Positions 15,889 through 25,146 are shown, counted from the stretch's first letter. The stretch: 33,135 nucleotides of DNA from an uncultured Clostridia bacterium (GCA_938049125.1 CALICR010000154.1:1-33135), one strand, 5' to 3'. Program-made: numbers and translations. Notes: a model not told the origin generated them from the letters alone.

Positions 15889-18800
15889 ATGGAGTTTCAG
15901 AGAGAACACCCCCCGCTGATCAGTGTTGTGATGCCGCTTTTTAACACAGCGCAATTTCTGCCTGCCGCGCTGGAAAGCGTTCTGAACCAGACCTATCAGA
16001 ATTTGCAGGTCATCGTGGTGGACGACTGCTCTACGGACGGCAGCGCGGAGATCCTCGCGTCCTATGACGACCCGCGGCTGGAGATTTTCCGCATGGAAGA
16101 AAACAGCCATGTCTGCGCGGCCCGGAACGAAGGATTCCGCCATGTGCGCGGTGACTATGTTGCGACCATTGACAGCGATGATGTTTGGCTGCCCGAAAAA
16201 CTGGAAATGCAGCTGTCCTGGATGGAGATACATCCGGACTGCGGCGTCTGTTTTACCTGGAGCGATATGATCGATGAGAACGGCGCGCTGGCCAATCACG
16301 AGAATGCATGGTTCTATGAGATGTTTCGCCAGCCGAACCGGACGCAGCGGGAGTGGCTGCTGCATCTGCTGGAGCATGGAAACTGCCTGAATAACTCCTC
16401 ACCGTTGATGCGCCGCGCGGTATTGGACCAGGTGGGCGGCTACAACCTGACGCTTGTTCAGCTTCAGGATTTTGAGTATTGGATCCGCGTCGTTTCAAAG
16501 TTCCCAATCAGCGTTCTCCCGGCGAAGCTGGTGCAGTACCGCCGCGTGCGGGAGAATAACCGTTCGGTCAGTGCAAATAATGTGACCAATAAGCTCCGCA
16601 GCGAGAACGAGGAGATCTTTGTCTGCTCTCACTTCTTTGATTGGATCTCGGATGAGCTATTCTGCGAGCTGTTCCGTTCAGATTTTCATGATTCGAACGC
16701 TTCTGCGGCGGCAGAGCTGCAATGTGAACGGGTATTCCTGCTCCGACGTGCCTACTGTGCGCCGGAACCGTATCTTTCGAGGATGCAGATGCTTCTGTGT
16801 GAGCCGGAGACAACGGCGGTCCTGCGGGAAAACTATCACTATAGGCCGAAGGACTTTTATGGAGAGAATCGCGTTAAGCGCTATTTTGGCCGAGGTCTGC
16901 AGCTTCGCCAGCGCGAAGAAATCGAGATTGAGAAAGCGACCCTGTGCTTTGCGCTCCCGGATGGCGCGTCGGAGACCATCGAATTTGAAAAAGACCCCTA
17001 CGTCTACGAACGGGCGGGGGACCGACTCATATGTGACGCAAAGATTCCGGCTGGGGCGGTCGCTGTGACATTCCGGCCGATACAGTGCGGAAGCTGTATC
17101 CTCAGCGAACTGCATATCTGTGCCGATCGAGAGTCGCTTCTGGCGGAAGAGTTTACGTGCACCAGGATCGGGGACCACTGGGTCTATGAGGCGGGAAAAG
17201 ATACGATTTTTTATCCGCTGCCTGCGCAGGCAGAACGACTGACGGTCTCTATGCGGCGCACTCTGATTCGCGCAGAAAACGAGTTTCTGCTGGGTGCGGG
17301 GGAGCACGCTTTTCCGACGGAGCTTCAGGTATGCATGAAGCAAGCCAGGCAAACCCAGGAGGAGATGACGGAGCGGCACCGTGCGCGCCTCCGCACCATG
17401 GCCCAGGAGCAGCGGGAGCAGCGCCGCCGCATGAATGAGGCGCATCAGCAGGAGCTTGCACAGCTCCGGCAGGAGAAGGCGAACGTGGAAGGCGAGTGCC
17501 GCCAGCTCCGCGATACGGAAAACCGGCTCCTGAACGATCTTGATGCCATTCATCACAGCCGGTCGTGGCGCATTGCGCAGTTTTTCTCGAGAATTCTGCG
17601 CTTTTTCATCCCGATCGGAAGCAAGCGGGCACTGTTTTGCCGGATTTTGTGGATGCTTATCCGCCATCCCGTGATCTTCTTCCGGAACCTGACTCCGCGG
17701 AAGATCAAAAAAGCGCTCCGTATGATGCGTCGCGGCGACACAGAGGGCGTCCGCCTGCTGATGCGCGGCAAGGTGACGGGAGAACCTGCGCCATCCTCCA
17801 TTGTGACTGCGGTGCCGGAGCTGGCAGCCGTGGACATGCGGGAAAAGACGATTGATGATTATCAGCCGCTCACCGTTCCGCAGTGGGACGATCCGACGGT
17901 GTCCATCGTCGTCCCGGTCTACAACCAGTTCGAATTCACCTATCACTGCGTGGAGTCTATTCTGAAGCACAGCGGCGACGTGACCTATGAGATCCTCATC
18001 GCCAACGACTGCTCCACGGACCTCACCACGGAGATCGACAAAATCCTGCCCGGTGTCCGCTGCATCACGAACGAGCAGAACCTGCGCTTCCTGCGCAACT
18101 GCAACCGCGCGGCGGGCTTCGCCAAGGGCAAGTATATCCTCTTCCTCAACAACGATACCCAGGTACAGCCGGACTGGCTCCGGCCGCTGGTGACGCTCAT
18201 CGAGAGCGCGCCGGACGTGGGACTCGTCGGCTCCAAGCTGATCTACCCGGACGGCAAGCTGCAGGAGGCGGGCGGCATCCTCTGGCGCGACGGCTCTGCG
18301 TGGAATTTCGGAAACCGCCAGAATCCGGCGCTGCCGCAGTTCAACTATGTCAAGCAGGTGGACTACATTTCCGGCGCCGCCATTATGCTCTCCCGCAAGC
18401 TCTGGGAGGAGATCGGCGGCTTTGACGAGACCTTCGCCCCCGCCTACTGCGAAGACAGCGACCTCTGCTTTACGGTCCGGAAGCTGGGCTACCGCGTGCT
18501 CTATCAGCCGCTTTCCGTGGTCGTCCACTTTGAGGGCGTCTCCAACGGCACGGATACCTCCTCCGGACAGAAGAAATACCAGATCGAAAACTCAAAAAAA
18601 TTCCGCGAGAAGTGGGCAGAAGAGCTTGCAAAACACCCGGAAAACGGCGAAAATGTGTTTCAGGCACGGGATTATTCCTATGGAAAAAAGACGCTGCTCA
18701 TGGTGGATCACTATGTGCCGCAGTTCGACAGGGACGCGGGCAGCCGCACGGTCTTCCAGTATCTCAAGCTCTTTGTTTCGCAGGGCTTCAACGTCAAGTT

Positions 18801-19788
18801 CATCGGCGACAACTTTTATCAGCACGAGCCGTATACCACGGTGCTTCAGCAGCTGGGCATTGAGGTGCTCTACGGCCCCGAGTGCGCGGCACACTGGAAG
18901 GACTGGATCATCGACAATGCGGAGCACTTCGACTATGTGTTCCTGAACCGTCCCCACATTGCGCCGAAATACCTTGATTTCCTGCGGCTGTACACGCACG
19001 CCCGCATCATGTACTACGGCCACGACCTCGCCTTCCTGCGTGAGATGCGCGAATATGAGGTCACCGGCGACGCCTCCTTCCGTGACTCCGCCAAAGAGTG
19101 GATGCCCAAGGAGCTGGCGCTGATGCGCGAGGCGGACATGGCGTATTACCCCTCCTATGTGGAGGTGGATGAGATCCACAAGCTTGACCCGGATATCCGT
19201 GTCAAGGCGATTCCGGCCTACCTCTTTGAGAACGTCGAATGGGAGGGCTACGACTTCGCGGCGCGGAAGGACATCATGTTCATCGGCGGCTTCGGACACC
19301 GTCCCAATGTGGACGCGGTCAAGTGGCTGGCGGAGGACATCCTGCCCGCCCTGCGGAAGCTGCTGCCCGGCGTCAAGATCCATGTCCTCGGCTCCAACCC
19401 GCCGAAGGAGGTGCAGGCGCTGGCATCCAGTGACCTTATCATCGAGGGCTTTGTGACCGACGAGCAGCTTGATGCCTTCTACCGCGAGAGCCGGATTTCT
19501 CTGGTTCCGCTGCGCTACGGCGCGGGCATCAAGGGCAAGGTCATTGAGGCGATGCGCAATGGCACGCCGGTCGTGACCACGCCGACGGGTGCCGAGGGCA
19601 TCAAGGACGCCGAGTCGGTCATGGCAGTGGAGGAGACGGCGGAGGCGCTGGCAAAGCGCATTGCGGGGCTCTACAACGATGAAGCAGCGCTCACCGAGCT
19701 GAGCCGGAGGAGCGTGGAGTATGTGAAGAAGAATTATTCGCCCGCCAATGCAATTCAGGTCATCGGACCGGAATTTGATCTCACTTAA
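15889..19788 (+). CDS. Multidomain glycosyltransferase: GT2, unknown region, coiled coil plus amphipathic segment, GT2, GT4/GT1-like
   Basis: The ATG at 15889 has GGGAG 8 nt upstream, and I prefer it over the tracked TTG at 15874, giving 1299 aa.
- First GT2 domain: ISVVMPLFNTAQFL..VIVVDDCSTDGS..IDSDDVW.
- Heptad-like charged stretch: nt ~17355-17555 (QEEMTERHRARLRTMAQEQREQRRRMNEAHQQELAQLRQEKANVEGE), then SRSWRIAQFFSRI.
- Second GT2 domain: from ~17897 (VSIVVPVYNQ..ANDCSTD..LNNDT..EDSDLC).
- C-terminal GT4-like part: GGFGHRPNVDAV..EGFV..GAGIKGKVIEAMRNGTPVVTT. Confidence 0.85.
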   Translation: MEFQREHPPLISVVMPLFNTAQFLPAALESVLNQTYQNLQVIVVDDCSTDGSAEILASYDDPRLEIFRMEENSHVCAARNEGFRHVRGDYVATIDSDDVWLPEKLEMQLSWMEIHPDCGVCFTWSDMIDENGALANHENAWFYEMFRQPNRTQREWLLHLLEHGNCLNNSSPLMRRAVLDQVGGYNLTLVQLQDFEYWIRVVSKFPISVLPAKLVQYRRVRENNRSVSANNVTNKLRSENEEIFVCSHFFDWISDELFCELFRSDFHDSNASAAAELQCERVFLLRRAYCAPEPYLSRMQMLLCEPETTAVLRENYHYRPKDFYGENRVKRYFGRGLQLRQREEIEIEKATLCFALPDGASETIEFEKDPYVYERAGDRLICDAKIPAGAVAVTFRPIQCGSCILSELHICADRESLLAEEFTCTRIGDHWVYEAGKDTIFYPLPAQAERLTVSMRRTLIRAENEFLLGAGEHAFPTELQVCMKQARQTQEEMTERHRARLRTMAQEQREQRRRMNEAHQQELAQLRQEKANVEGECRQLRDTENRLLNDLDAIHHSRSWRIAQFFSRILRFFIPIGSKRALFCRILWMLIRHPVIFFRNLTPRKIKKALRMMRRGDTEGVRLLMRGKVTGEPAPSSIVTAVPELAAVDMREKTIDDYQPLTVPQWDDPTVSIVVPVYNQFEFTYHCVESILKHSGDVTYEILIANDCSTDLTTEIDKILPGVRCITNEQNLRFLRNCNRAAGFAKGKYILFLNNDTQVQPDWLRPLVTLIESAPDVGLVGSKLIYPDGKLQEAGGILWRDGSAWNFGNRQNPALPQFNYVKQVDYISGAAIMLSRKLWEEIGGFDETFAPAYCEDSDLCFTVRKLGYRVLYQPLSVVVHFEGVSNGTDTSSGQKKYQIENSKKFREKWAEELAKHPENGENVFQARDYSYGKKTLLMVDHYVPQFDRDAGSRTVFQYLKLFVSQGFNVKFIGDNFYQHEPYTTVLQQLGIEVLYGPECAAHWKDWIIDNAEHFDYVFLNRPHIAPKYLDFLRLYTHARIMYYGHDLAFLREMREYEVTGDASFRDSAKEWMPKELALMREADMAYYPSYVEVDEIHKLDPDIRVKAIPAYLFENVEWEGYDFAARKDIMFIGGFGHRPNVDAVKWLAEDILPALRKLLPGVKIHVLGSNPPKEVQALASSDLIIEGFVTDEQLDAFYRESRISLVPLRYGAGIKGKVIEAMRNGTPVVTTPTGAEGIKDAESVMAVEETAEALAKRIAGLYNDEAALTELSRRSVEYVKKNYSPANAIQVIGPEFDLT

Positions 19789-19809
19789 TTAAAAATAAGG
19801 AGGAATCCG

Positions 19810-20820
19810 ATGATTATCACCAAGACGCCGTTCCGGATGTCGTTTTTCGGCGGCGGCACCGATATGCCGCAGTTCTTCCGGGAGCACGGCGGCGCAGTCC
19901 TCTCGACCACCTTTGACAAGTACTGCTATGTGAATGTGCGCCATCTGCCGCCGTTCTTCGACTACCGTACGGAGCTTTCCTATGCAAAGACGGAGCGGGT
20001 CGTGGATCCGGCGGAGATCGAGCATCCTGCCATCCGCGAGGCAATGAAGCTGCTCGACATGTACGACATCCGCCTGACCTACGAGGCGGATCTGCCCGCC
20101 CGCACGGGACTCGGCACCAGCTCGTCCTTCGCGGTCGGCATGCTGAATGCATTCTATGCCCTCAAGGGCAAGTATGCGGACAAGAAGAAGCTCGCCAATG
20201 AAGCGATTTACCTCGAACGCACGCTCTGCAACGAGGCCGGCGGCTGGCAGGATCAGATCGCTGCGGCGTATGGCGGCCTCAACCGCATCAATTTCCACGA
20301 GGACAGCTACGATGTGCTGCCGGTCATCGTTTCGCCGGAGCGCAAGCAGCAGCTGAATCGGAATCTCATGCTTTACTTCACGGGCTTTACCCGCTTTTCC
20401 TCGGCGATTCAGCAGTCCACCAGCAAGACCATGAAGGACAAGACCACGCAGCTCCTCGAAATGCTGGCGCTGGTCGATCAGGCGGAGCGGGTCCTGACGG
20501 ATAAGACCGCCGATCTCGACGATTTCGGCAGGCTGCTCCACGAGAGCTGGATGCTCAAAAAGCAGACCGGCACGAAAATTTCGACGGGCGGCATCGATTC
20601 CATCTATGAAAAGGGGATGCGTGCGGGCGCACTGGGCGGCAAGCTGCTCGGTGCGGGCGGCGGCGGCTTCCTGCTCTTCTATGTGCGCGAGGAGGATCAG
20701 AGCGCGGTGCAGCGCGCCATGGGCGACCTGATGCGCGTGCCCTTCGCCTTTGAGGACGGCGGCACACGGGTCATCCACTACACGCCGGAAACCTATATTC
20801 CGAGAGGGGAAACGCAATGA
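19810..20820 (+). CDS. hddA: D-glycero-alpha-D-manno-heptose 7-phosphate kinase (GHMP kinase)
   Basis: 336 aa with an AAGGAGG RBS. The HddA-typical N-terminus is MIITKTPFRMSFFGGGTDMPQFF. The GHMP motif PARTGLGTSSSFAVG and GAGGGGFLLFY are present. It sits next to the other heptose pathway genes. Confidence 0.85.
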   Translation: MIITKTPFRMSFFGGGTDMPQFFREHGGAVLSTTFDKYCYVNVRHLPPFFDYRTELSYAKTERVVDPAEIEHPAIREAMKLLDMYDIRLTYEADLPARTGLGTSSSFAVGMLNAFYALKGKYADKKKLANEAIYLERTLCNEAGGWQDQIAAAYGGLNRINFHEDSYDVLPVIVSPERKQQLNRNLMLYFTGFTRFSSAIQQSTSKTMKDKTTQLLEMLALVDQAERVLTDKTADLDDFGRLLHESWMLKKQTGTKISTGGIDSIYEKGMRAGALGGKLLGAGGGGFLLFYVREEDQSAVQRAMGDLMRVPFAFEDGGTRVIHYTPETYIPRGETQ

Positions 20821-22109
20821 AAACGGTCATTATGGCAGGCGGCAAGGGGACGCGGATCGCCTCCGTCAATTCCGAGGTGCCGAAGCCGATGATCCCGATC
20901 CTCGGCAAGCCGATCCTCGAATACCAGCTGGACTGTCTGCGCCGCCAGGGCTGCACCGATATTATTCTGGTGATCGGGCATCTCGGTCACATCGTCCGGG
21001 ATTACTTCGGCGACGGCAGCGGCGTTTCTCCTGCAACGGGGGAGCCGTTTGGCGTCTCCATCGCATATATCGAGGAGACGGAGCCGCTCGGCACCGCCGG
21101 GGCGCTCTATCTCCTGAAGAACGAGCTGACGGAGGACTTTCTGCTCCTCTGCGGCGACGTCATCTTTGACATCGACGTTGGGCGCTTCGCCCGCTTCCAT
21201 AAGGAACACGGCGGACTCGCCACCCTGTTTACACACCCGAACAGCCACCCTTATGACAGCGGCATCATCATGGCGGACGGGGACGGGCGCGTCACGAACT
21301 GGCTCCACAAGGAGGAGTCGCGCAAATGGTATCGCAACCGCGTCAATGCGGGGCTGCACTTCCTCTCACCGGAGCTCTTCCGGCAGCCGGGACTGTTTGA
21401 AGAACTCAAAAAAGTCGACCTTGACCGCGAGGTGCTCAAGCCGCTGATCCCCACGGGACAGCTCTTTGTCTACGACAGTCCCGAATATGTCAAGGATATG
21501 GGCACGCCGGACCGCTTCTATGCCGTCACCGAGGACATCCGCAGCGGTAAGGTGCAGGCAAAGAACCTTGCCCATAAGCAGAAGTGCGTCTTTCTCGACC
21601 GGGACGGCACCATCAACCGCTATGTCGGCTTCCTGCGCAGAATCGACGAATTCGAGCTGCTGCCCGGTGTCGCCGAGGCCATCCGCAAGATCAACGAGTC
21701 CGGCTATCTCGCCATCGTTGCAACGAACCAGCCGGTCATCGCCCGCGGCGAGGTGACGGAGGCGGAGCTGCGGGAGATTCATAATAAGATGGAGACGCTT
21801 CTGGGGCAGGAGGGTGCCTATCTCGATGCCATCTACTACTGCCCGCACCATCCGCACAAGGGCTACGAGGGTGAGATCCCGGAACTGAAATTTGACTGCG
21901 ACTGCCGCAAGCCAAAGCCCGGCATGCTGCTGCAGGCTGCGGCGGACTTCAACATCGACCTCTCCGCGTCCTACATGGTGGGAGACGGTGAGAACGACGT
22001 GGAATGCGGCAAAGCCGCCGGCTGCACGCCGGTGCTGCTGACCGGAGAGGCGCGGACGGACGTGCGGTGCTGTCCCACGCTTCTTGATTTTGTGAACGAA
22101 ACATTCTGA
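20817..22109 (+). CDS. hddC-gmhB: Fused D-glycero-alpha-D-manno-heptose 1-phosphate guanylyltransferase (HddC-like) / D,D-heptose 1,7-bisphosphate phosphatase (GmhB)
   Basis: 430 aa with an ATGA overlap onto hddA. The N-terminal NTase domain has VIMAGGKGTRI..PKPMIPILGKPILEYQL. The C-terminal HAD-IIIA domain has VFLDRDGTIN, ATNQPVIARG, the Zn-site pattern CPHHP...CDCRKPKPGM, and MVGDGENDVE. Confidence 0.85.
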   Translation: MKTVIMAGGKGTRIASVNSEVPKPMIPILGKPILEYQLDCLRRQGCTDIILVIGHLGHIVRDYFGDGSGVSPATGEPFGVSIAYIEETEPLGTAGALYLLKNELTEDFLLLCGDVIFDIDVGRFARFHKEHGGLATLFTHPNSHPYDSGIIMADGDGRVTNWLHKEESRKWYRNRVNAGLHFLSPELFRQPGLFEELKKVDLDREVLKPLIPTGQLFVYDSPEYVKDMGTPDRFYAVTEDIRSGKVQAKNLAHKQKCVFLDRDGTINRYVGFLRRIDEFELLPGVAEAIRKINESGYLAIVATNQPVIARGEVTEAELREIHNKMETLLGQEGAYLDAIYYCPHHPHKGYEGEIPELKFDCDCRKPKPGMLLQAAADFNIDLSASYMVGDGENDVECGKAAGCTPVLLTGEARTDVRCCPTLLDFVNETF

Positions 22110-22134
22110 CTGAGACCGAAAGGAGAACTGCGCT

Positions 22135-22791
22135 ATGGAAGAACGTGTATCCGCACAGCTTGCACTGCTGCTTCGCCGCTATCCCGCGCTCTGTCCGCTG
22201 GAGGAAGAACTGAAGGCTGCCTATGAGATGCTGAAAGCATGCTATGCGGCGGGCGGCAAGCTGATCGTCGGCGGAAACGGCGGCTCCTGCGCCGATGCCG
22301 AGCATATGGTCGGCGAGCTGATGAAGGGCTTCAAGCTGCCCCGGCGGCTCCCGGAAGGGGAGCAGGCGGCGCTCCGCGCGGCGGACATGAAGCTTGGCGC
22401 GGATCTCTGCGAAAAGCTCCAGGGCGGGCTGCCTTCCATCGCACTCTCCGCACACCCGGCGCTCAATACGGCGTATCTCAATGATGTCTGCGGCGAGACG
22501 ATGTATGCCCAGCAGCTCTATGTGCTGGGTCGTCCCGGCGACGTGTTCCTCGGCATTTCGACCTCCGGCAACGCGCAGAACGTCTGCTATGCCGCCGTCG
22601 CTGCCAAGGCGCGCGGCATGCGGGTGCTCGCCCTCAGCGGCAAGACCGGCGGTGCGCTCAAGGCGCTGGCGGATCTCAGCCTCATCATGCCGAGCAGCGA
22701 GACCTATCAGATCCAGGAGCTGCACCTCCCGGTCTACCACTGCCTGTGCCTGATGCTGGAGGAGCATTTTTTCGGATCGCACCTAGGCTGA
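22135..22791 (+). CDS. gmhA: Sedoheptulose 7-phosphate isomerase (SIS domain)
   Basis: 218 aa with an AAAGGAGAA RBS. It has GGKLIVGGNGGSCADAEHMVGELMKGF and GISTSGNAQNV. Its context completes the GDP-heptose pathway. Confidence 0.85.
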   Translation: MEERVSAQLALLLRRYPALCPLEEELKAAYEMLKACYAAGGKLIVGGNGGSCADAEHMVGELMKGFKLPRRLPEGEQAALRAADMKLGADLCEKLQGGLPSIALSAHPALNTAYLNDVCGETMYAQQLYVLGRPGDVFLGISTSGNAQNVCYAAVAAKARGMRVLALSGKTGGALKALADLSLIMPSSETYQIQELHLPVYHCLCLMLEEHFFGSHLG

Positions 22792-22844
22792 CGGTCCGGC
22801 GGGGAGCGGACAAACGGTTTTGTGAGGGATGGAATGTGACAAGA

Positions 22845-25076
22845 ATGAAACGGACAAAAGGAGAATGGCTGTTCCTGGCACTCTGTATCCTGCTTGGACT
22901 GGCCGGAATGACCTGGTTTGGGGTGGCCATCTGGGACAAGAGCGCGCTGCACTGGAATATGCATCAGCCGGCCTACCTGAAGGGCGTGGCGGAGTTGACG
23001 GTCGTTTTTATCCTGCTGTTTCTCAGCCTTGCGCTACCGCGGCGGCGCATGACGTCGGCGGTGCTGACCGGGCTGATCGCGGCCGCGTCGCTCTTTGCGC
23101 ACGGCTTTCTCTGGGCATTTCTGGCGGGCTGCCTCTATGCCGGCATGATCTGTATGACCGGACGGCTTCTCTGCCGCCTGCTGGTGCGGAAGGATGCAGC
23201 GTCCACGCCGGTGTGTATCCTGCTGGGCATTGCCGGAATTCTGATTCTGGTCGCGGTCTGCTCCGTTTTCAAAATCGGCACGCCGCGGACACTGCGTCGT
23301 GTTTACGCAGTCGTTTTCCTGCTGGAGCTGGCGTTCCACACAAAGCCGCTGCTCGCGCTGCTGCGCACGCAGGGCAGGGAATCGCTGCGCCGCGGCGAAC
23401 GACTGAAGCCGTTCACGGCGCTGCTCCTGACCGGAATTTTTACGGCATTTCTGCTGCAATGCTGCCGCGCAAATCTGGGACTGGACTACGATTCCGTGTG
23501 GTACGGACTGCGCTCCTCGGCGGTGCTTGCGCCCTATACCGGCATCTACGATACCGCCGTGCCGGTGAGCTGCGTCTATGTCTATCCCAAAGGCATTGAA
23601 ACGCTGGCGCTGGCGTTCAACTTCCCGCACACCTACAGCTTCGTCCTTGCAGTCAACCTGATGGCTGCGGCGCTGCTGCTCTATGTGGTCTACAAAACGG
23701 CGCGGCAGCTCTGCGGGCGGGACTGGTCGCTGTTTGCCGTGCTCGGATGCGCCGTGACGGCGGGCATCATGAATATGGCGGTGACGGCGAAATCCGACAT
23801 TGCTACGCTGCTGTTGCAGATGCTTGCAGTGTATTTCGCGGTGCAGGCGCTGCGCGAAAAACGCGCTGCATCGGTCTGGCTGGCGCTGGGGGCACTGGTG
23901 CTCTCCCTCTGCTTCAAGCCGTCGAGCATGATCTTTTCGCTGCTTCTGCTGCTTATTATGCTCGTCTGCTTCCTTTGCAGCCGGGTGCGTATCCGTGCAC
24001 AGGGCATCGGGACGCTGCTGCCGCCGGTGCTGGCGCTGGGCTTCCTGATCGCACGTACCTATCTTCTGACCGGCTATTTCAACACCTCCTTTGCGCTGGG
24101 ACTGCAGGAGGCGCTGGGATGTGCGGCGAAATATCCGCACGCAGGCGGACAGTCCACCGCAATGAACGGACTGGGAAAACTGCTGACGACCTCACTGTTC
24201 GGCGAACGGCTAAAGCGGCTGCTCTGCTTCTTCCTCGCGCCCACGACTGAGGAGCTGGATCACGTCATCATCGCGTGGCCGGGGCTGCTGTTTGCAGCGG
24301 TCTGGCTGTTTGTCGTCATCCGGGTGTTCTCCCATCCGAAACAGACGGTCGCGCGGATGCGGGAAAATCACGCCTATGCGTTCTCGCTGAGCGCGCTGGC
24401 GCTGATCAGCCTTGCCAGCATGGGCAGCATTATGCTCCTGCCCAAGCCGGACGGCAACTACTTTATGTTGATGTACGCGATGACGATGCTGCACGGCGCA
24501 GTGGAGCTGTCCACACTGAAGAATCCGCGTACGGCAAACGCCTGCTTCCTCGGGAGCGTTCCTCTGATCGCCTGCGGCTTTGCGCTGTGCCTGGCGTCGA
24601 GCTGGGCCTGGAGCACCGGGCTGACGCCCATCGACCTGTCCGCGAAGGGGGCCTACGATCACACGGTGGCGCGGCAGCAGACGGCGGCCTCCATGGAGGT
24701 GGATGAACTCTGCGCGGTGCTGGACGCCAGGGAGACCCGGCCGCGCGTCCTCATTGTGGACGGCGAGGTCCGACTGCTGATTGGTACAGATGCTGTCACG
24801 GACAACTGGCGGGATGTGACGGACTGGAGCAACAATGAGTTGATCCATTCGCCGGAGGACCTGCTGCACTACCTGACAGCAAGCGGGATGGATTATCTGC
24901 TGGTGACCGCGGGGTATCTGGGATCGGAGAACATCCGGTCGCTCCTGCGCCCCATGGCGGAGGCAGGACAACTGCAGATCGCCGCGGAGCAGAATGGCAG
25001 CTATCTGCTGCGTTTCGTCCCGGAGGGAGCAGCGCCCGATGCCGCACTGCTGGCGGCATTTTCTGGAATACAGTAA
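22845..25076 (+). CDS. Large polytopic membrane protein, GT-C-like candidate extracytoplasmic glycosyltransferase or ligase
   Basis: 743 aa counted from the ATG at 22845. A GTG at 22836 or the tracked ATG at 22746 are alternative starts. There are at least 12 hydrophobic helices, an acidic loop motif GLDYDSVWYG after an early TM helix, and a ~150-aa soluble C-terminal domain. I recognise no family motif with certainty. Confidence 0.55.
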   Translation: MKRTKGEWLFLALCILLGLAGMTWFGVAIWDKSALHWNMHQPAYLKGVAELTVVFILLFLSLALPRRRMTSAVLTGLIAAASLFAHGFLWAFLAGCLYAGMICMTGRLLCRLLVRKDAASTPVCILLGIAGILILVAVCSVFKIGTPRTLRRVYAVVFLLELAFHTKPLLALLRTQGRESLRRGERLKPFTALLLTGIFTAFLLQCCRANLGLDYDSVWYGLRSSAVLAPYTGIYDTAVPVSCVYVYPKGIETLALAFNFPHTYSFVLAVNLMAAALLLYVVYKTARQLCGRDWSLFAVLGCAVTAGIMNMAVTAKSDIATLLLQMLAVYFAVQALREKRAASVWLALGALVLSLCFKPSSMIFSLLLLLIMLVCFLCSRVRIRAQGIGTLLPPVLALGFLIARTYLLTGYFNTSFALGLQEALGCAAKYPHAGGQSTAMNGLGKLLTTSLFGERLKRLLCFFLAPTTEELDHVIIAWPGLLFAAVWLFVVIRVFSHPKQTVARMRENHAYAFSLSALALISLASMGSIMLLPKPDGNYFMLMYAMTMLHGAVELSTLKNPRTANACFLGSVPLIACGFALCLASSWAWSTGLTPIDLSAKGAYDHTVARQQTAASMEVDELCAVLDARETRPRVLIVDGEVRLLIGTDAVTDNWRDVTDWSNNELIHSPEDLLHYLTASGMDYLLVTAGYLGSENIRSLLRPMAEAGQLQIAAEQNGSYLLRFVPEGAAPDAALLAAFSGIQ

Positions 25077-25146
25077 AACGCGGCACACCCGTGCCGTGGA
25101 ATATAGAAAGGATGATGTACCCATAGGAAAGCAAGAAAGAGAACAC

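Noticed and set aside
6821-17300. Impression that parts of the glycan locus are AT-richer than the flanks, which would suggest horizontal acquisition
   Set aside because: Hand counts of a few 60-nt lines vary widely. For example, 6901-6960 is 21/60 GC, 16561-16680 is ~29/60, 241-300 is 42/60, but 4081-4140 in the flank is 30/60. I cannot establish a real compositional boundary without a sliding-window calculation.
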